From NCBI GenBank assembly GCA_965222605.1, contig OZ244960.1, positions 480,001 to 544,000 on the forward strand: a stretch of DNA of 64,000 nt, written 5' to 3'. The stretch comes from Candidatus Latescibacterota bacterium. GTDB lineage: Bacteria; Latescibacterota; UBA2968. The translations under genes and the position numbers were made by a program. This document shows positions 27,203-38,700 of the stretch, piece by piece. Below the pieces are notes generated by a model, which was given only the letters and a program-made list of their open reading frames with translations, was not told the DNA's origin and searched no databases. Within the stretch, counting starts at the first letter, position 1, and each line of letters begins with the position of its first letter.

Positions 27203-28480
27203 ATGAACAAAGACACCGCATTTCAAATGGGTGCCTCAAATCTGCGCTTTGGCGTGGGAACAACGCGCGAAATCGGCATGGACCTCTCAGACATGGGCCT
27301 CAAGCGCGTCCTCGTCATCACCGACCCCAACCTCGTCGATCTGCCTCCCGTTCAAACCGCGCGAGAAGCCCTCGAATCCGAAGGCATAGAATACGATTTG
27401 TTCGACCGCGTGCGCGTGGAGCCTACAGATGTCTCTTTCAAAGACGCCATCGCAGTCGCCACCGAAGGCGTTTACGAAGGCTATGTCGCCATTGGGGGCG
27501 GTTCATCTATCGACACGGCAAAAGCAGCCAATCTATTTGCGACCTATCCCGACGACTTCTTCGCCTATATCAACGCGCCCATCGGCCAGGGCAAACCCGT
27601 CCCCGGCCCTGTCAAACCCCTTTTTGCCATTCCCACCACAGCCGGCACGGGAAGCGAAACCACGGGCGTAGCCATTATGGACCTCTCCGACCGCCACGTC
27701 AAAACCGGCATTGCACACCGCTATCTCAAACCCGACCTCGCCATTGTCGATCCCGAAAATACGCGCACCATGCCGCCTTCCATCGCGGCTGCAACCGGCC
27801 TCGATGTCCTTTGCCACGCCCTCGAATCCTTCACCGCCATCCCCTATACCGAACGCCCCAGACCCAACCGCCCGATCGAACGTCCTGCCTATCAGGGCGC
27901 CAATCCCATTTCCGACATGTGGGCACTCAAAGCCATTGAAATGACCACGCAATACTTGCCCCGCGCGGTTCGCAACCCCGACGACGACGAAGCCCGCGCG
28001 CAAATGATCCTCGCCGCATCACTCGCAGGCATAGGCTTTGGCAATGCCGGCGTTCACCTCTGCCACGGCATGTCGTATCCAGTCTCAGGTATGGTGCGCG
28101 ACTTCAAACCCAAAGACATGACCACGGACCACGCCATCATCCCACACGGCATGTCTGTCGTCCTCAACGCCCCTCCCGTCTTTCGCTTCACAGGACCCGC
28201 ACGCCCAGACCGCCATCTTCGAGCTGCACAACTCATGGGTGCAGACATCTCCAACTCATCTCCCGACAAAGCGGGCCACATCCTCGCCGATCAAATCGTG
28301 GCCATGATGAAACTGCTCGAAGTGCCCAATGGCCTGTCAGCAATCGGATTCACCGAAAGCGACATCCCCGCACTCGTCGAAGGCACCCTCCCACAACACC
28401 GCGTCACCAAACTCTCACCGCGTCCCGCAGAAGCCGAAGACCTAAAAGCCCTGTTCAAAGATGCAATGGTCGCATGGTAG
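27203..28480 (+). CDS. Hydroxyacid-oxoacid transhydrogenase (iron-containing ADH family, ADHFE1-like)
   Basis: GGGSSIDTAKAANL, PTTAGTGSETTG, RPAYQGANP, GVHLCHGMSYPV, PHG. Confidence 0.88.
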   Translation: MNKDTAFQMGASNLRFGVGTTREIGMDLSDMGLKRVLVITDPNLVDLPPVQTAREALESEGIEYDLFDRVRVEPTDVSFKDAIAVATEGVYEGYVAIGGGSSIDTAKAANLFATYPDDFFAYINAPIGQGKPVPGPVKPLFAIPTTAGTGSETTGVAIMDLSDRHVKTGIAHRYLKPDLAIVDPENTRTMPPSIAAATGLDVLCHALESFTAIPYTERPRPNRPIERPAYQGANPISDMWALKAIEMTTQYLPRAVRNPDDDEARAQMILAASLAGIGFGNAGVHLCHGMSYPVSGMVRDFKPKDMTTDHAIIPHGMSVVLNAPPVFRFTGPARPDRHLRAAQLMGADISNSSPDKAGHILADQIVAMMKLLEVPNGLSAIGFTESDIPALVEGTLPQHRVTKLSPRPAEAEDLKALFKDAMVAW

Positions 28481-28508
28481 GTCAAATGCGTAGAGCCTCA
28501 ATATCCAT

Positions 28509-28537
28509 TTGCCATTTTTCATATCAGAATGTATGAT
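28509..28537 (+). promoter_or_regulatory. Putative sigma70 promoter of the symporter gene
   Basis: TTGCCA-17 nt-TATGAT. Confidence 0.5.
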
Positions 28538-28603
28538 GTGAGCATATAACTGCATCTTTTGCTCGGGCTTCGAGAACGTTGCTCACAATAGGGAGGATTT
28601 TTT

Positions 28604-30487
28604 GTGGACGCTAAACTAATCTGGCTTTTTGCTTTTGTAGGGATCTACTGGGCTTACTGCCTCTTTTGGGGTGTCAGAGGTGCCATCTCCTCACGCACAT
28701 CGACCGACTACTTCGTGGCCGGACGCACCATTGGCTTATGGGTATTTGTCCTTGCGGCCACTGCCACCAGCTTTTCCGGCTGGACCTTTGTAGGACATCC
28801 CGGCAAAATCCTCATCGATGGCTTGCCCTATGCGTTCGCCTCCTTTTACGCCCTCACAATTCCCTTTACTGGCGTGCTCTTTTTGCGCCGCCAATGGGTC
28901 GTCGGTCGGGCCTTTGAACACATTACCCCCGGCGAAATGTACTCCACCTACTACGGCGGCAATGGCATGCGCCTGCTCACGGTTCTCGTCGCCTTCCTCT
29001 TCTCAGTCCCTTATCTCGGCGTACAACTCCGCGCCTCTGGCGACCTCTTCCACGTCCTTACCGACGGCATGATCAGCATTGAAGTGGGTATGTTTGCCCT
29101 CTCTACCATAGTTATGATCTACGTCGCCTCCGGCGGTCTTCGCTCCGTTGCCTATGTTGACTGCGCCCAATGCGTCTTGCTCGCACTCGGCATTGTCATC
29201 CTCGGTGGCATCGCCATCAGCTTTGCAGGAGGCTGGGGCGGGTTTACCGATGGCCTTGCAGCCTATGTCAAACAAGACCTCGCATCGGGCCAAAAACTCA
29301 CCCCCGCCGGCCACTCAAACATCGTGGCTATGCCGGGAACTATCCAGGCCGTATCTTCAGGGGCTGAAGCACAGGGCAGTGTGTGGACCGGCATGATGTG
29401 CCTCACCTACATGTTCGCGCTCATGGGTATCCAATCCTCACCCGCCTTTTCCATGTGGTGCTTTTCCAATAAAACCAGCGAACCCTTCCGCTGGCAGCAA
29501 GTGGTGGCATCCTCTATTATCATAGGCATCATCCTTTTCACCTTCACCATCTTTCAGGGCCTTGGGGGCAATATCCTCATTGCAAACGGCATCTTTGAAT
29601 CCGCCAATGACAAAAACCTCGTCCCCCAACTCATCAACCTGCTCACCGACTCAGCGCCATGGCTCGTTGGCCTGCTCGCGGTTTGTGCCCTCGCCGCAAT
29701 GCAATCCACAGGCGCTGCCTACATGTCCACCTTCTCCGGCATGGTCACCCGCGACCTCTACAAACAATATGTCTCTCCCGACGCATCGGACAGCGTGCAA
29801 AAACTCTGTGGCCGCATCTTCGTCATCGTCGTCACTGTGGTTGCGCTATTCGTCGCCGCGCAATTCACTGGCGCCATCGTCATGCTCGGCGGCCTGGCCG
29901 TTGCCTATGGCTTCCAGATGTACCCGGCTCTCATGGGCGTGTGCTACTTTCCCTGGCTCACCCGCAAAGGCGTGGTCTGGGGCCTTATTGCCGGCCTTAT
30001 TGCCGTCACCCTGACCGATCGCACAGTGGCCTTATTCGGGCTTCCCTGGGGCGCATTTCCCCTCACCATCCACAGCGCGGGCTGGGGTATCTTTGCCAAC
30101 TTGATCATTGCCCTGCTCGTCTCAAAATTTGCCTCAGAAAACAACGGAGAACGCGAAAGCCGAAAAAAACACCACGCTTTCATCCAGGCCGTCTCTGGCC
30201 TCACCGACGACCAAAAAAAATGGGTGACACCGGCGTGGATCCTCACCGTCTTGTGGTTCCTCGTTGGATTCGGGCCTTTTGCCACCGTTGGCAACACTCT
30301 CTTTTCCGATCCCAATACCCCGGCAACCTGGGCACCCTTTGGTTTGCCCTCGCTGTGGGTCTGGCAATTCCTCATGCTGCTTTTCGGCATTTTCGTCATG
30401 TGGATGCTCGCCTTCAAAGTCGGCCTCTCCAAACCCATTCCCATCGAAGATGTGACCTCGCAACGCAAAGCGTTTTTTGCAGAATAA
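28604..30487 (+). CDS. Sodium:solute symporter family protein
   Basis: DYFVAGR, ATSFSGWTFVG, GGLRSVAYVD, AAMQST; many TM helices; GTG start after gggagg. Confidence 0.9.
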   Translation: MDAKLIWLFAFVGIYWAYCLFWGVRGAISSRTSTDYFVAGRTIGLWVFVLAATATSFSGWTFVGHPGKILIDGLPYAFASFYALTIPFTGVLFLRRQWVVGRAFEHITPGEMYSTYYGGNGMRLLTVLVAFLFSVPYLGVQLRASGDLFHVLTDGMISIEVGMFALSTIVMIYVASGGLRSVAYVDCAQCVLLALGIVILGGIAISFAGGWGGFTDGLAAYVKQDLASGQKLTPAGHSNIVAMPGTIQAVSSGAEAQGSVWTGMMCLTYMFALMGIQSSPAFSMWCFSNKTSEPFRWQQVVASSIIIGIILFTFTIFQGLGGNILIANGIFESANDKNLVPQLINLLTDSAPWLVGLLAVCALAAMQSTGAAYMSTFSGMVTRDLYKQYVSPDASDSVQKLCGRIFVIVVTVVALFVAAQFTGAIVMLGGLAVAYGFQMYPALMGVCYFPWLTRKGVVWGLIAGLIAVTLTDRTVALFGLPWGAFPLTIHSAGWGIFANLIIALLVSKFASENNGERESRKKHHAFIQAVSGLTDDQKKWVTPAWILTVLWFLVGFGPFATVGNTLFSDPNTPATWAPFGLPSLWVWQFLMLLFGIFVMWMLAFKVGLSKPIPIEDVTSQRKAFFAE

Positions 30488-30518
30488 AAAAGTCCGGTGT
30501 AAAATCCACCGGACTTAA
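30488..30518. terminator. Intrinsic terminator between convergent genes
   Basis: aagtccggtg / caccggactt 10-bp stem preceded by an A run. Confidence 0.65.
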
Positions 30519-30564
30519 CTCGTTGGTCTTAAAAAAAGACGACCAGACAATCGCAACTGGCAAT

Positions 30565-30960
30565 CTATTCACTAACTTTATTTTTTACAAGAGACATAAT
30601 TTTTTCAGCGACCTTCAGAGCAGAATGGGCGTCTTCACGAGATGGATCCACAAAATCTCCCGGATAGCGCACATCAACACTATAAGCCGAGAGCTCTGCA
30701 CACGCTTCCCGAAAGCATGCCAGTTTCGCCAGTAAATCAATTGACATATCCAACAACGCAATCACATCATGGGTGTAGGGAAATACAATGCCATTCGCTG
30801 TCAACAGTGCTTTTAGAGACTTTTCAACTGCCTGCTGGGCATGAAAACACGGCGTGTCGGTTGGACCATCTTCTAATGCCAGGGTTTGCCGCGCCGTGAT
30901 CACATCGTTTTCAGCTTTTTTAAGCCACTGGCGTGCAAACTCGGTCTGGGGATCGTTCAT
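30565..30960 (-). CDS. HEPN domain protein
   Basis: WLKKAEND, CFHAQQAVEKSLKALL, YTHD, RYP. Confidence 0.88.
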   Translation of the reverse strand: MNDPQTEFARQWLKKAENDVITARQTLALEDGPTDTPCFHAQQAVEKSLKALLTANGIVFPYTHDVIALLDMSIDLLAKLACFREACAELSAYSVDVRYPGDFVDPSREDAHSALKVAEKIMSLVKNKVSE

Positions 30961-31294
30961 ACAGTATTTTTCCCGTTGCCATTACATGTGTCACAATGTG
31001 ATTGACCACTCCTGAACAGCTTTCGACTTCCTGCGGTGTGTAAACCAGAATATCCAGAGGACAAGGAGCCGGTGAAAACAACAGACGAATTTTTGCGGAT
31101 CGTTTATGACGGGGCAGATTCGACTCGACAATCACAAATAAATCCAAATCGCTATCTGTGGCAGGCGTTCCCGTGACATAGGATCCAAATAAAATAACTT
31201 GCAATGGATTGACATGATCCACGATTTTTTGCACAATCTGATCGATGATTGCTTCAGAAATGATAGTGTCTGTTGTATCTAAAAAATGTGCCAT
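30920..31294 (-). CDS. Minimal nucleotidyltransferase (MNT), partner of HEPN
   Basis: ILFGSY...DSDLDL, DILVYTP; overlaps the HEPN start. Confidence 0.85.
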   Translation of the reverse strand: MAHFLDTTDTIISEAIIDQIVQKIVDHVNPLQVILFGSYVTGTPATDSDLDLFVIVESNLPRHKRSAKIRLLFSPAPCPLDILVYTPQEVESCSGVVNHIVTHVMATGKILYERSPDRVCTPVA

Positions 31295-31447
31295 CAGGCC
31301 GTCCCTTATTCCACAAATGAGCATGATCTTTCGAGCAATATAGCCCGAATCCAAAGGGGTGTCAACAAACGCAATCTCGGAAGGACACTCAGAATGAAGG
31401 TACCACGACAAAAACCCAGGCCATTTTATATCGCCACTGCAAACGCC

Positions 31448-32479
31448 TCACGCCCAAAAATCATCATCGAACCACACCCCAAAGCCCGGTCCCCCACCCG
31501 GCGCGATTTTGCCATCCATCACTTGCGGCTGATCGCGCACCCACCCCATCCACGGGCGTCCACTTTCAGCCAGCGGATCGGGATCGAGTGCGACAATCGC
31601 GTGCAGCGCCCACACCTCTCCCCCGCGATGTGGACACACCTCGACATCGTAATCCTTCGCCAACCCGTAAATTTTCACTAACTCTGTCAACCCACCGCAC
31701 CAGCACACATCGGGTTGATAAATAGCATGTAATCCCCGCCGCATCAGTGCCTCAAATCCACGCGCCGTATATTCGTGCTCGCCACTCGCAATGGGAATAG
31801 GACTCTCGCGCATCAACCGCTCATAGCCCTCAAAATCCTCTGGCAAAAGCGGCTCTTCCAACCACGCCAAATTGAACTTGGCCAACCTCTCAGCAGCGCG
31901 CAACGTGCCCTCCAAATCCCACCCCATTGACGCATCGCACATCAACTGAATATCGGCACCCACAACTGCTCGCACATCCGCAAAAAAATCGGCTATCGCA
32001 TCCAATTCTCTGTGGGGATTCATCCCGCCAACGCCAAATTTTAATGCCTTATAACCCAGCGCGAGTGCTCCCTCAAGACCATCCCGCGACCACCCCGTGC
32101 GATACGATGGCACCGCCATTCGCGTTCCACCCAGCACTTCGACAAGCGGTTTATTCGCCCGCTTTCCCCGCAAATCCCACAATGCCAAATCCGCGCCACT
32201 AATCGCCATCATCGCAATCCCCTTATATCCATAAGCCGCGGTATGGCGATACATCGCATCCCACAACCCCTCGACATCCCCGGCATTCGCGCCAATCAAA
32301 ACCTCGCGCAGCACCGTCTGAACTACGTGAATACCCGCCGGACCACCCCCGCCAACACCGTATCCCGACAGCCCATCATCCGTATCAATCCGCACCAGAA
32401 TCTGCCCAATATCTCCGCGCCAACCTGCAGGTGCGCGATCTGCTTCCGGTTGCACCGCACGAACATGTGTAATGATCAT
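31448..32479 (-). CDS. Mandelate racemase/enolase superfamily (acid-sugar dehydratase-like)
   Basis: AISGADLALWDLRGK, LMCDA, WLEEP, ASGEH, QPDVCWCGG, CPH. Confidence 0.88.
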   Translation of the reverse strand: MIITHVRAVQPEADRAPAGWRGDIGQILVRIDTDDGLSGYGVGGGGPAGIHVVQTVLREVLIGANAGDVEGLWDAMYRHTAAYGYKGIAMMAISGADLALWDLRGKRANKPLVEVLGGTRMAVPSYRTGWSRDGLEGALALGYKALKFGVGGMNPHRELDAIADFFADVRAVVGADIQLMCDASMGWDLEGTLRAAERLAKFNLAWLEEPLLPEDFEGYERLMRESPIPIASGEHEYTARGFEALMRRGLHAIYQPDVCWCGGLTELVKIYGLAKDYDVEVCPHRGGEVWALHAIVALDPDPLAESGRPWMGWVRDQPQVMDGKIAPGGGPGFGVWFDDDFWA

Positions 32480-32831
32480 GTGAAATCTCCTATTTGAAAT
32501 AAAAAAAAATATTAAAAAATTGCATTACCTGTGTCTTGAAACTAAACCCCATTCAGTATATATTTACCGTAAAGAACTTACTCGTCAGATTCCCGGAGAA
32601 ATATAATGGACAAAACAATCAAACGCACGCCCGATGGAAAGCCCGAAAGGCGCACACTCACACGACTGGCAATCACGTCTCAAAACCTGGCAACGATCTC
32701 AACAACCATCCCTCTGGAATCGCCTATTCAGATCCACCTGATCCACTCCTGTCTTGTCTTGACGCATTTGCCAAATTCCATTAACTTAATAAGTAAGTAA
32801 GCACTTTCTTTCTTTTATCAGGAGTTGATCT

Positions 32832-35129
32832 GTGGCAAACGCTTCCGAGACAAATCTTCTGGAAATCCCCCCGCAGCACATCTTAGATGGCCTTATCCCA
32901 TCGCACGAAACAGTTCAATTATCGGCCAGTACCGATATTCGTCTCGATGGTACGTATGGAACCGCTTATCTCCTCGCCACAAACAAACACTTGTTCGCAA
33001 TTAGCCCCAATGGCGATTCGACACCACACACAGAGCGTATCCCACTTTCAGAAATTACCAATCTCGAAGTCAAAGACCTGTTTGGCAACAGCTTGCTCAA
33101 AGTCCGCACCGGAACCACAGGTGCTACACTTGCGCGATTTACCAAAGGCCAGAACCAGAAATTCAACCGGATAACGCACCGTCTTGAAACCCTTGTAAAA
33201 GACGCGCGCAAAACCGAAGACAAAATCGCAAAAGGCCATCTTGAAAGCGCGATTTCGGGCAGGCGGTGCGACGTGTGCGGCACAATCATTTCCCGCAGGG
33301 TGGGGGTCTGCACCAACTGTCTCGACACGCGCAAACTGCTGTATCGATTGCTCGCCTATGCGCGTCCCTTCTGGAAACTCGGAACCCTGAGTCTTGTCCT
33401 GCTACTCACCTCGACCTTTATTGGCCTTACCCCACCGCTTTTGATGCGCGAACTCATCGATGGCGTACTCGCTCCTTCGGCAACGTATGAAACGACCCTT
33501 TTTCGCGACATCACAAACAGCATATTTGGGGTGCCATCCGGATACGAAATCCTCTATTTTCTCGTGGGCCTGCTCCTGCTGATCAATCTCTCGCAATCGG
33601 GCCTTCGCGCCATACGCTCGTATATTTTATCCGTTCTTGGACAGAAAATTACCTATACCCTCAGAAATAAGGTCTATCAGCACCTCCACCGCCATTCTCT
33701 CAGCTTTTACAACGAGCGCGAAACCGGCACCATTATGGCCAGCATCACCCAGGATGTGGGCCGCCTGCAAGATTTTATCAGCGATGGCCTGCAAGAAATT
33801 ATCCGCGACATCATCACCATAGCCATTATATGCGGCATTCTCTTTACGCTCAATGTCAAACTCGCCACCCTCGTTTTAATCCCCACGCCCCTTCTGATTA
33901 TTGCAACCCTCAAATTTGGTCACCGACTGCATCGCACCTATCGCGGCCTGTGGCGGCGTTGGGCAGGCATCAGCGCACTCCTGGCCGACACCATTCCCGG
34001 CGTGCGCGTGGTCAAAGCCTTTGCACAGGAAGACCGCGAAGTGGGTAAATTTCAGACGCGCAGCGAAGACCTCCTCAAGGGTGAAATCAAAATTGCGGGC
34101 ATTCGCAGCATCTTCAGTCCCGTCATGGCTTTTATTATGTCTATCGGAACGCTGATTATATGGCTCGTGGGGGGCGCCTCGGTTCTCGACGGCGCATTGA
34201 CATTGGGCAACTTTGTGGCATTTACGCAGTACATGTGGCGTTTTTATGGCCCGGTTGAAAGCCTCTGCCGCCTCAACCACCGCTTCCAGCGGGCCGCGTC
34301 TTCTGCCGAACGCGTCTTTGAAGTTCTCGACACACAACCCGATGTAACCGACAGACGCTCCGCGTACGCCATGCCCTCAATTGAAGGGCGCATCCAATTT
34401 GACAACGTGACATTTTCTTACGAACCCGGCAAACCCGTTCTCAAAAACCTCAATTTTACCGTTGAACCCGGTGAAATGATCGGCCTTGCCGGACATTCCG
34501 GCGCGGGCAAAAGCACCCTGATCAACCTGATTTGTAGATTTTACGATATCGAAGAAGGCGCGATTTTAATCGACGGACGCGATATCCGCGATGTCACCCT
34601 CAAATCCCTACGCGATCAGATCGGCGTCGTTCTGCAAGACCCCTTTCTTTTCAATGGCCCGATAGCCGAAAACATCGCCTATGGCAAACCCGATGCCCCA
34701 CTCGATGAAATCGTCGCAGCCGCCAAAACAGCCAATGCCCACGAATTTATCCTCCGCCTGCCCGATAGCTACGACACCCCCGTAGGTGAACGCGGCGTTC
34801 GACTCTCGGGCGGCGAAAGGCAACGCATCTCAATTGCGCGCGCGATCCTGCGAAACCCGCGTATTCTAATTCTCGATGAAGCCACCTCCAGCATGGATAC
34901 CGAGACAGAATCACAGATTCAAGAAGCTCTTTACAGACTCGTGCAAGGGCGCACGACCTTTGCCATTGCCCATCGCCTTTCCACGCTCAAACACGCAGAC
35001 CGCCTCTTTATCATCGACAAAGGCGCGCTCGCCGAGATGGGATCACACGCCGAACTCATCGCCTATGATGGTATTTACGCGCGTCTTTGCCGCATGCAAA
35101 CAGAATTGTCCAGACTCCGCGCATGGTAG
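32832..35129 (+). CDS. ABC exporter-type permease/ATPase with N-terminal extension and Cys4 motif
   Basis: GHSGAGKS, LSGGERQR, ILDEATS, IAHRLST; CDVCG...CTNC before the TM domain. Confidence 0.9.
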   Translation: MANASETNLLEIPPQHILDGLIPSHETVQLSASTDIRLDGTYGTAYLLATNKHLFAISPNGDSTPHTERIPLSEITNLEVKDLFGNSLLKVRTGTTGATLARFTKGQNQKFNRITHRLETLVKDARKTEDKIAKGHLESAISGRRCDVCGTIISRRVGVCTNCLDTRKLLYRLLAYARPFWKLGTLSLVLLLTSTFIGLTPPLLMRELIDGVLAPSATYETTLFRDITNSIFGVPSGYEILYFLVGLLLLINLSQSGLRAIRSYILSVLGQKITYTLRNKVYQHLHRHSLSFYNERETGTIMASITQDVGRLQDFISDGLQEIIRDIITIAIICGILFTLNVKLATLVLIPTPLLIIATLKFGHRLHRTYRGLWRRWAGISALLADTIPGVRVVKAFAQEDREVGKFQTRSEDLLKGEIKIAGIRSIFSPVMAFIMSIGTLIIWLVGGASVLDGALTLGNFVAFTQYMWRFYGPVESLCRLNHRFQRAASSAERVFEVLDTQPDVTDRRSAYAMPSIEGRIQFDNVTFSYEPGKPVLKNLNFTVEPGEMIGLAGHSGAGKSTLINLICRFYDIEEGAILIDGRDIRDVTLKSLRDQIGVVLQDPFLFNGPIAENIAYGKPDAPLDEIVAAAKTANAHEFILRLPDSYDTPVGERGVRLSGGERQRISIARAILRNPRILILDEATSSMDTETESQIQEALYRLVQGRTTFAIAHRLSTLKHADRLFIIDKGALAEMGSHAELIAYDGIYARLCRMQTELSRLRAW

Positions 35130-35159
35130 CTCTTTAGCCTCATCTCAACAGGTATATCA

Positions 35160-35669
35160 ATGTCTTCACTTCCAGACCTGACCGGCGACCTCCCCCTTCT
35201 TTCGCCCCGCGACATTCGCCTGTATCTCGACAATTTTGACGATCTCACACTCGACCTGCGCGATAAAATCCACGAGCGGATTGGCGTGCAGCGCGCTTTT
35301 CCCCTCAACGCGCCCACAAAATTCATCGTGCTCCACGATTCAGACGGCGGCGAAATAGGCATAGTGCGCGACATGGTCGATCTCGACCCAGACAGCCGAG
35401 ATGCATTGGAAATAGCACTCGAACAGGCATATTTTATGCCGCGCATTCTCAAAATAAATAGCATTGTTTCCAATTTCCACGTACCCACATGGGATGTGGA
35501 AACAGATCGCGGGCATCGCGTATTTGAAATCCCCAGCAGCCGGCGCGATGTGCGCATAATAGACGACGTACGGGTGATTTTGCGAGACGCCGATGGCAAC
35601 CGCTACGAGATCGTCGATTACCGCCGCCTCGACCCCGATAGCGTTGCATTTGTGGAAACCATTGTATGA
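35160..35669 (+). CDS. DUF1854-like protein
   Basis: RAFPL, EIG, YFMPRILKI, WDVETDRG, DADGNRY; typical partner of this ABC type. Confidence 0.75.
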   Translation: MSSLPDLTGDLPLLSPRDIRLYLDNFDDLTLDLRDKIHERIGVQRAFPLNAPTKFIVLHDSDGGEIGIVRDMVDLDPDSRDALEIALEQAYFMPRILKINSIVSNFHVPTWDVETDRGHRVFEIPSSRRDVRIIDDVRVILRDADGNRYEIVDYRRLDPDSVAFVETIV

Positions 35670-35765
35670 TCACAATGGGAACAATTGTACCCCAATCTTC
35701 GTCAAAGCCAAAATGAACTGACGTGCCTGTTGGCGCAGTTTATATTCGCAAGAAAGGAGGGGGTC

Positions 35766-38700
35766 ATGAAACTCAGTGAATTTGCCATTTACAAACCTAT
35801 CAGCACCATTATGGTTACAATCAGTATTATGGTGATGGGTTTTATTTCCCTGTTCAGGTTGCCACTCGAATATCTACCCAGCCTGACATTTCCACGCATC
35901 TATGTTTCCGTCAATTATCCCTCCTCTTCCCCGGAAGAAATTGAGCGGTTTATCACGCGCCCCATCGAAGAAATTCTCGGTACGCTATCAGGCGTTGAAA
36001 GCATCAGTTCCTCATCGAGCGGATCCAGTGCGCGCATTGGCATGGAATTTGCGATGGATGCCGATATGGATCTGGTTGGGGTACACATCCGCGACCGCCT
36101 CAACCAAGTTCGCGCGGACCTGCCTGCCGACGTTGATCGCATTGACATTCGCAGTTTCGATACAGAAGACTTTCCCATTCTCGAATACTCTCTCACATGG
36201 CTTGGCGAAAACAACCAGGAACTTGTCAATGTCTTCAATCAAATGATCTTGCCCAGAGTGCAGCGTCTCGAAGGCGTCGCCAATGTTGCACTCGAGGGTT
36301 TACGAGAAAAAGACCTTCTCGTCGAAGTCGATCAAAAAGCCCTGACAGCCTATAGGCTGGACTTTCGCACCATCAATCGCGCCCTGAATAGCAACAATAT
36401 TAATGTCTCTGCGGGATATGTCACCGAAGGGAGCAAACGCCTTGCCGTGCGCAGCATGGGCGAATTTGAAACCATTGACCAAATTCGCGACCTGCCCATT
36501 CGTCCCAATCTCACCCTCGGCGACATTGCCAATGTCACATACAAATATCCCGAATCCCGCAGCTTTGAACGCCTTGATGGACGCCCCTCGCTGACCCTTG
36601 AAGTCCAGAAAGCCTCAACGGCCAACATGGTCGATGTCTGCAAACTCGTGCGCGATGAACTCGCCCTCATCCTCTCGGAAGTCGGCAAAGACAAGCTCCG
36701 AATGCACCTGGTGCGCGACCGCTCCATCGACGTGACAAATAGCATCACCAGCCTCAGCCAATCTGCTATTTTGGGCGGTCTGTTGGCCGTCATCGCCATC
36801 TTTATTTTTCTTCGCAACTTCCGCAGCACGCTCATCATCGGCTCTGCTATCCCCATCAGTGTGCTCACCGTATTCCTGATTATGTATTTCATGCGCCAAT
36901 CCGGATCGAACATCACCCTCAACCTCATTTCCATGATGGGTCTGATGGTCGCCATTGGTATGCTCGTCGATCCCGCAGTCGTGGCCCTTGAAAATATCTT
37001 TCGCAAACGGTTTGAAGAAGGACAAGATGCCAGACAGGCCGCACTCGAAGGCAGCGATGAAATCGGCCTGCCAGTCCTCGCCGCATCGCTCACGACCATC
37101 TGCGTATTTATCCCGGTCATTTTTGTCACCGATTCGCGCACCTCGCTCTTCATGCGCGACTTTGCCATTACCGTGATCATATCTGTTATTGCCTCATTTT
37201 GTATCGCGCTCTCACTCATTCCACTGGCGGCCTCTCGCGCCTTCAATGAAGATGGTAAAATCCTCGATCGCATTCTCAAGAGCATCATCGGCCTTGTAGC
37301 CGCGCTTGGCCTGGGTACCTTTATTTATTACACGGACTTCAGCAAAATTGATTACGCCGGCCTGTGGGCAAATTTTAACACGACCATCAGCGCGTTGCCA
37401 GCATTTGCCAAAATTGGTTTTCCCGGCATCATTGCGCTGGTCATCTTTCTCTATTTCCGCTACCGTTCAATCGGCCCCAAAGCGATGTACGCCAGATTTG
37501 TCGCCTCCACCCTTCGTTACCGATGGGCAACTATCTCGGCGGCCTGTGTACTCCTTTTTGTCGGCAACTACATCTACGGCAAAGTAGAGCAACAACCCTT
37601 CCGCTATCAGCCCAACCGCGCTGTAAGACTCTCCATTGAAATGCCCCGCAGTTACGATGTGGATAAAGCGCGTGAGGTCTTCAAAATTGCCGAAGACATA
37701 CTCATCCCCTTAAAAAACGAACTCGACATCGAAGCCATTGGCAGCCGATACAGCGGTCGGCGCGGCACCCGCTTGACCCTTTATCTCACGCCGGCAGACG
37801 AAGGCAAACTCACCACAGATGAAGTTCAGCGCAAAGTTATGGCTCTCCTGCCCACAGACATTCCAGGTGTGCGTTTCAAATCCGGTGGTGGCCGCGGGGG
37901 ATCTGTAGGGGCTGGTGTTGAGCTCAAAGGGCGCAATCAGGAAACGCTGGCCATTTTGGCCGAAGACATTGAAACCAGCATGCAGGGGATGCCCGGCGTT
38001 CACGAAATACAGACCAGCCTCGAAAGCGGAACCGAAGAAATTCGCGTCACAGTCAATCGAGAACGCGCACAGCGCTACGGACTCTCGCCGCGCGATATTG
38101 CAACAACCATCGCCTCTGCGCTCGGTTCGCGCGGTGGCTCCAACTTCAAAACTCCAGACGGCGAAATCGACATCACAGTGCTGCTGCGCGAAGAAGACCG
38201 CGCCACCCTCGAACAACTCAAAACAACGGAATTTGAAAGCGATAACGGCGGCATGGTCACCTTCTCCAGCCTGGCGAATTTCAACCTGACAACGGGCACC
38301 AACACAATTCGACGCGAAGACCGCATGTCAACCGTAACAGTTTTCGCCAACACAGACCAGCAAGCGGTCTTTCGCGTGGGCCAGATCATGAAAATGCGCA
38401 TGGAAGGCGTGCCCCTGCCCAAGGGATATACGTATGAAATGGACCGCCGATTCAGATATATGAATTCAGAACAGGACCAGGACTATGAGACCTTGATCCT
38501 GGCACTTATTCTCATTTACATCATCATGGCCTCGCTCTTTGAATCCTATGTCCATCCGCTCACTATTATGTTCTGCATCTTCTTCGCATTCATCGGCGTC
38601 GCACTCGGTCTCTACACCTTCAAAATCGCCATGGACAGCAATGCCAAGTACGGCCTTCTGGTGCTTTTTGGCATCGTGGTCAACAACGGCATTGTCCTGG

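Noticed and set aside
29659-30735. Long alternative-frame and antisense ORFs (also 36350-37288, 47531-48439, 60343-61173, 62446-63342)
   Set aside because: They overlap well-supported genes and have shadow-ORF composition with no motifs
32536-32800. Small ORFs or riboswitch in the leader of the ABC gene
   Set aside because: No recognisable protein motif or riboswitch consensus; left uncalled
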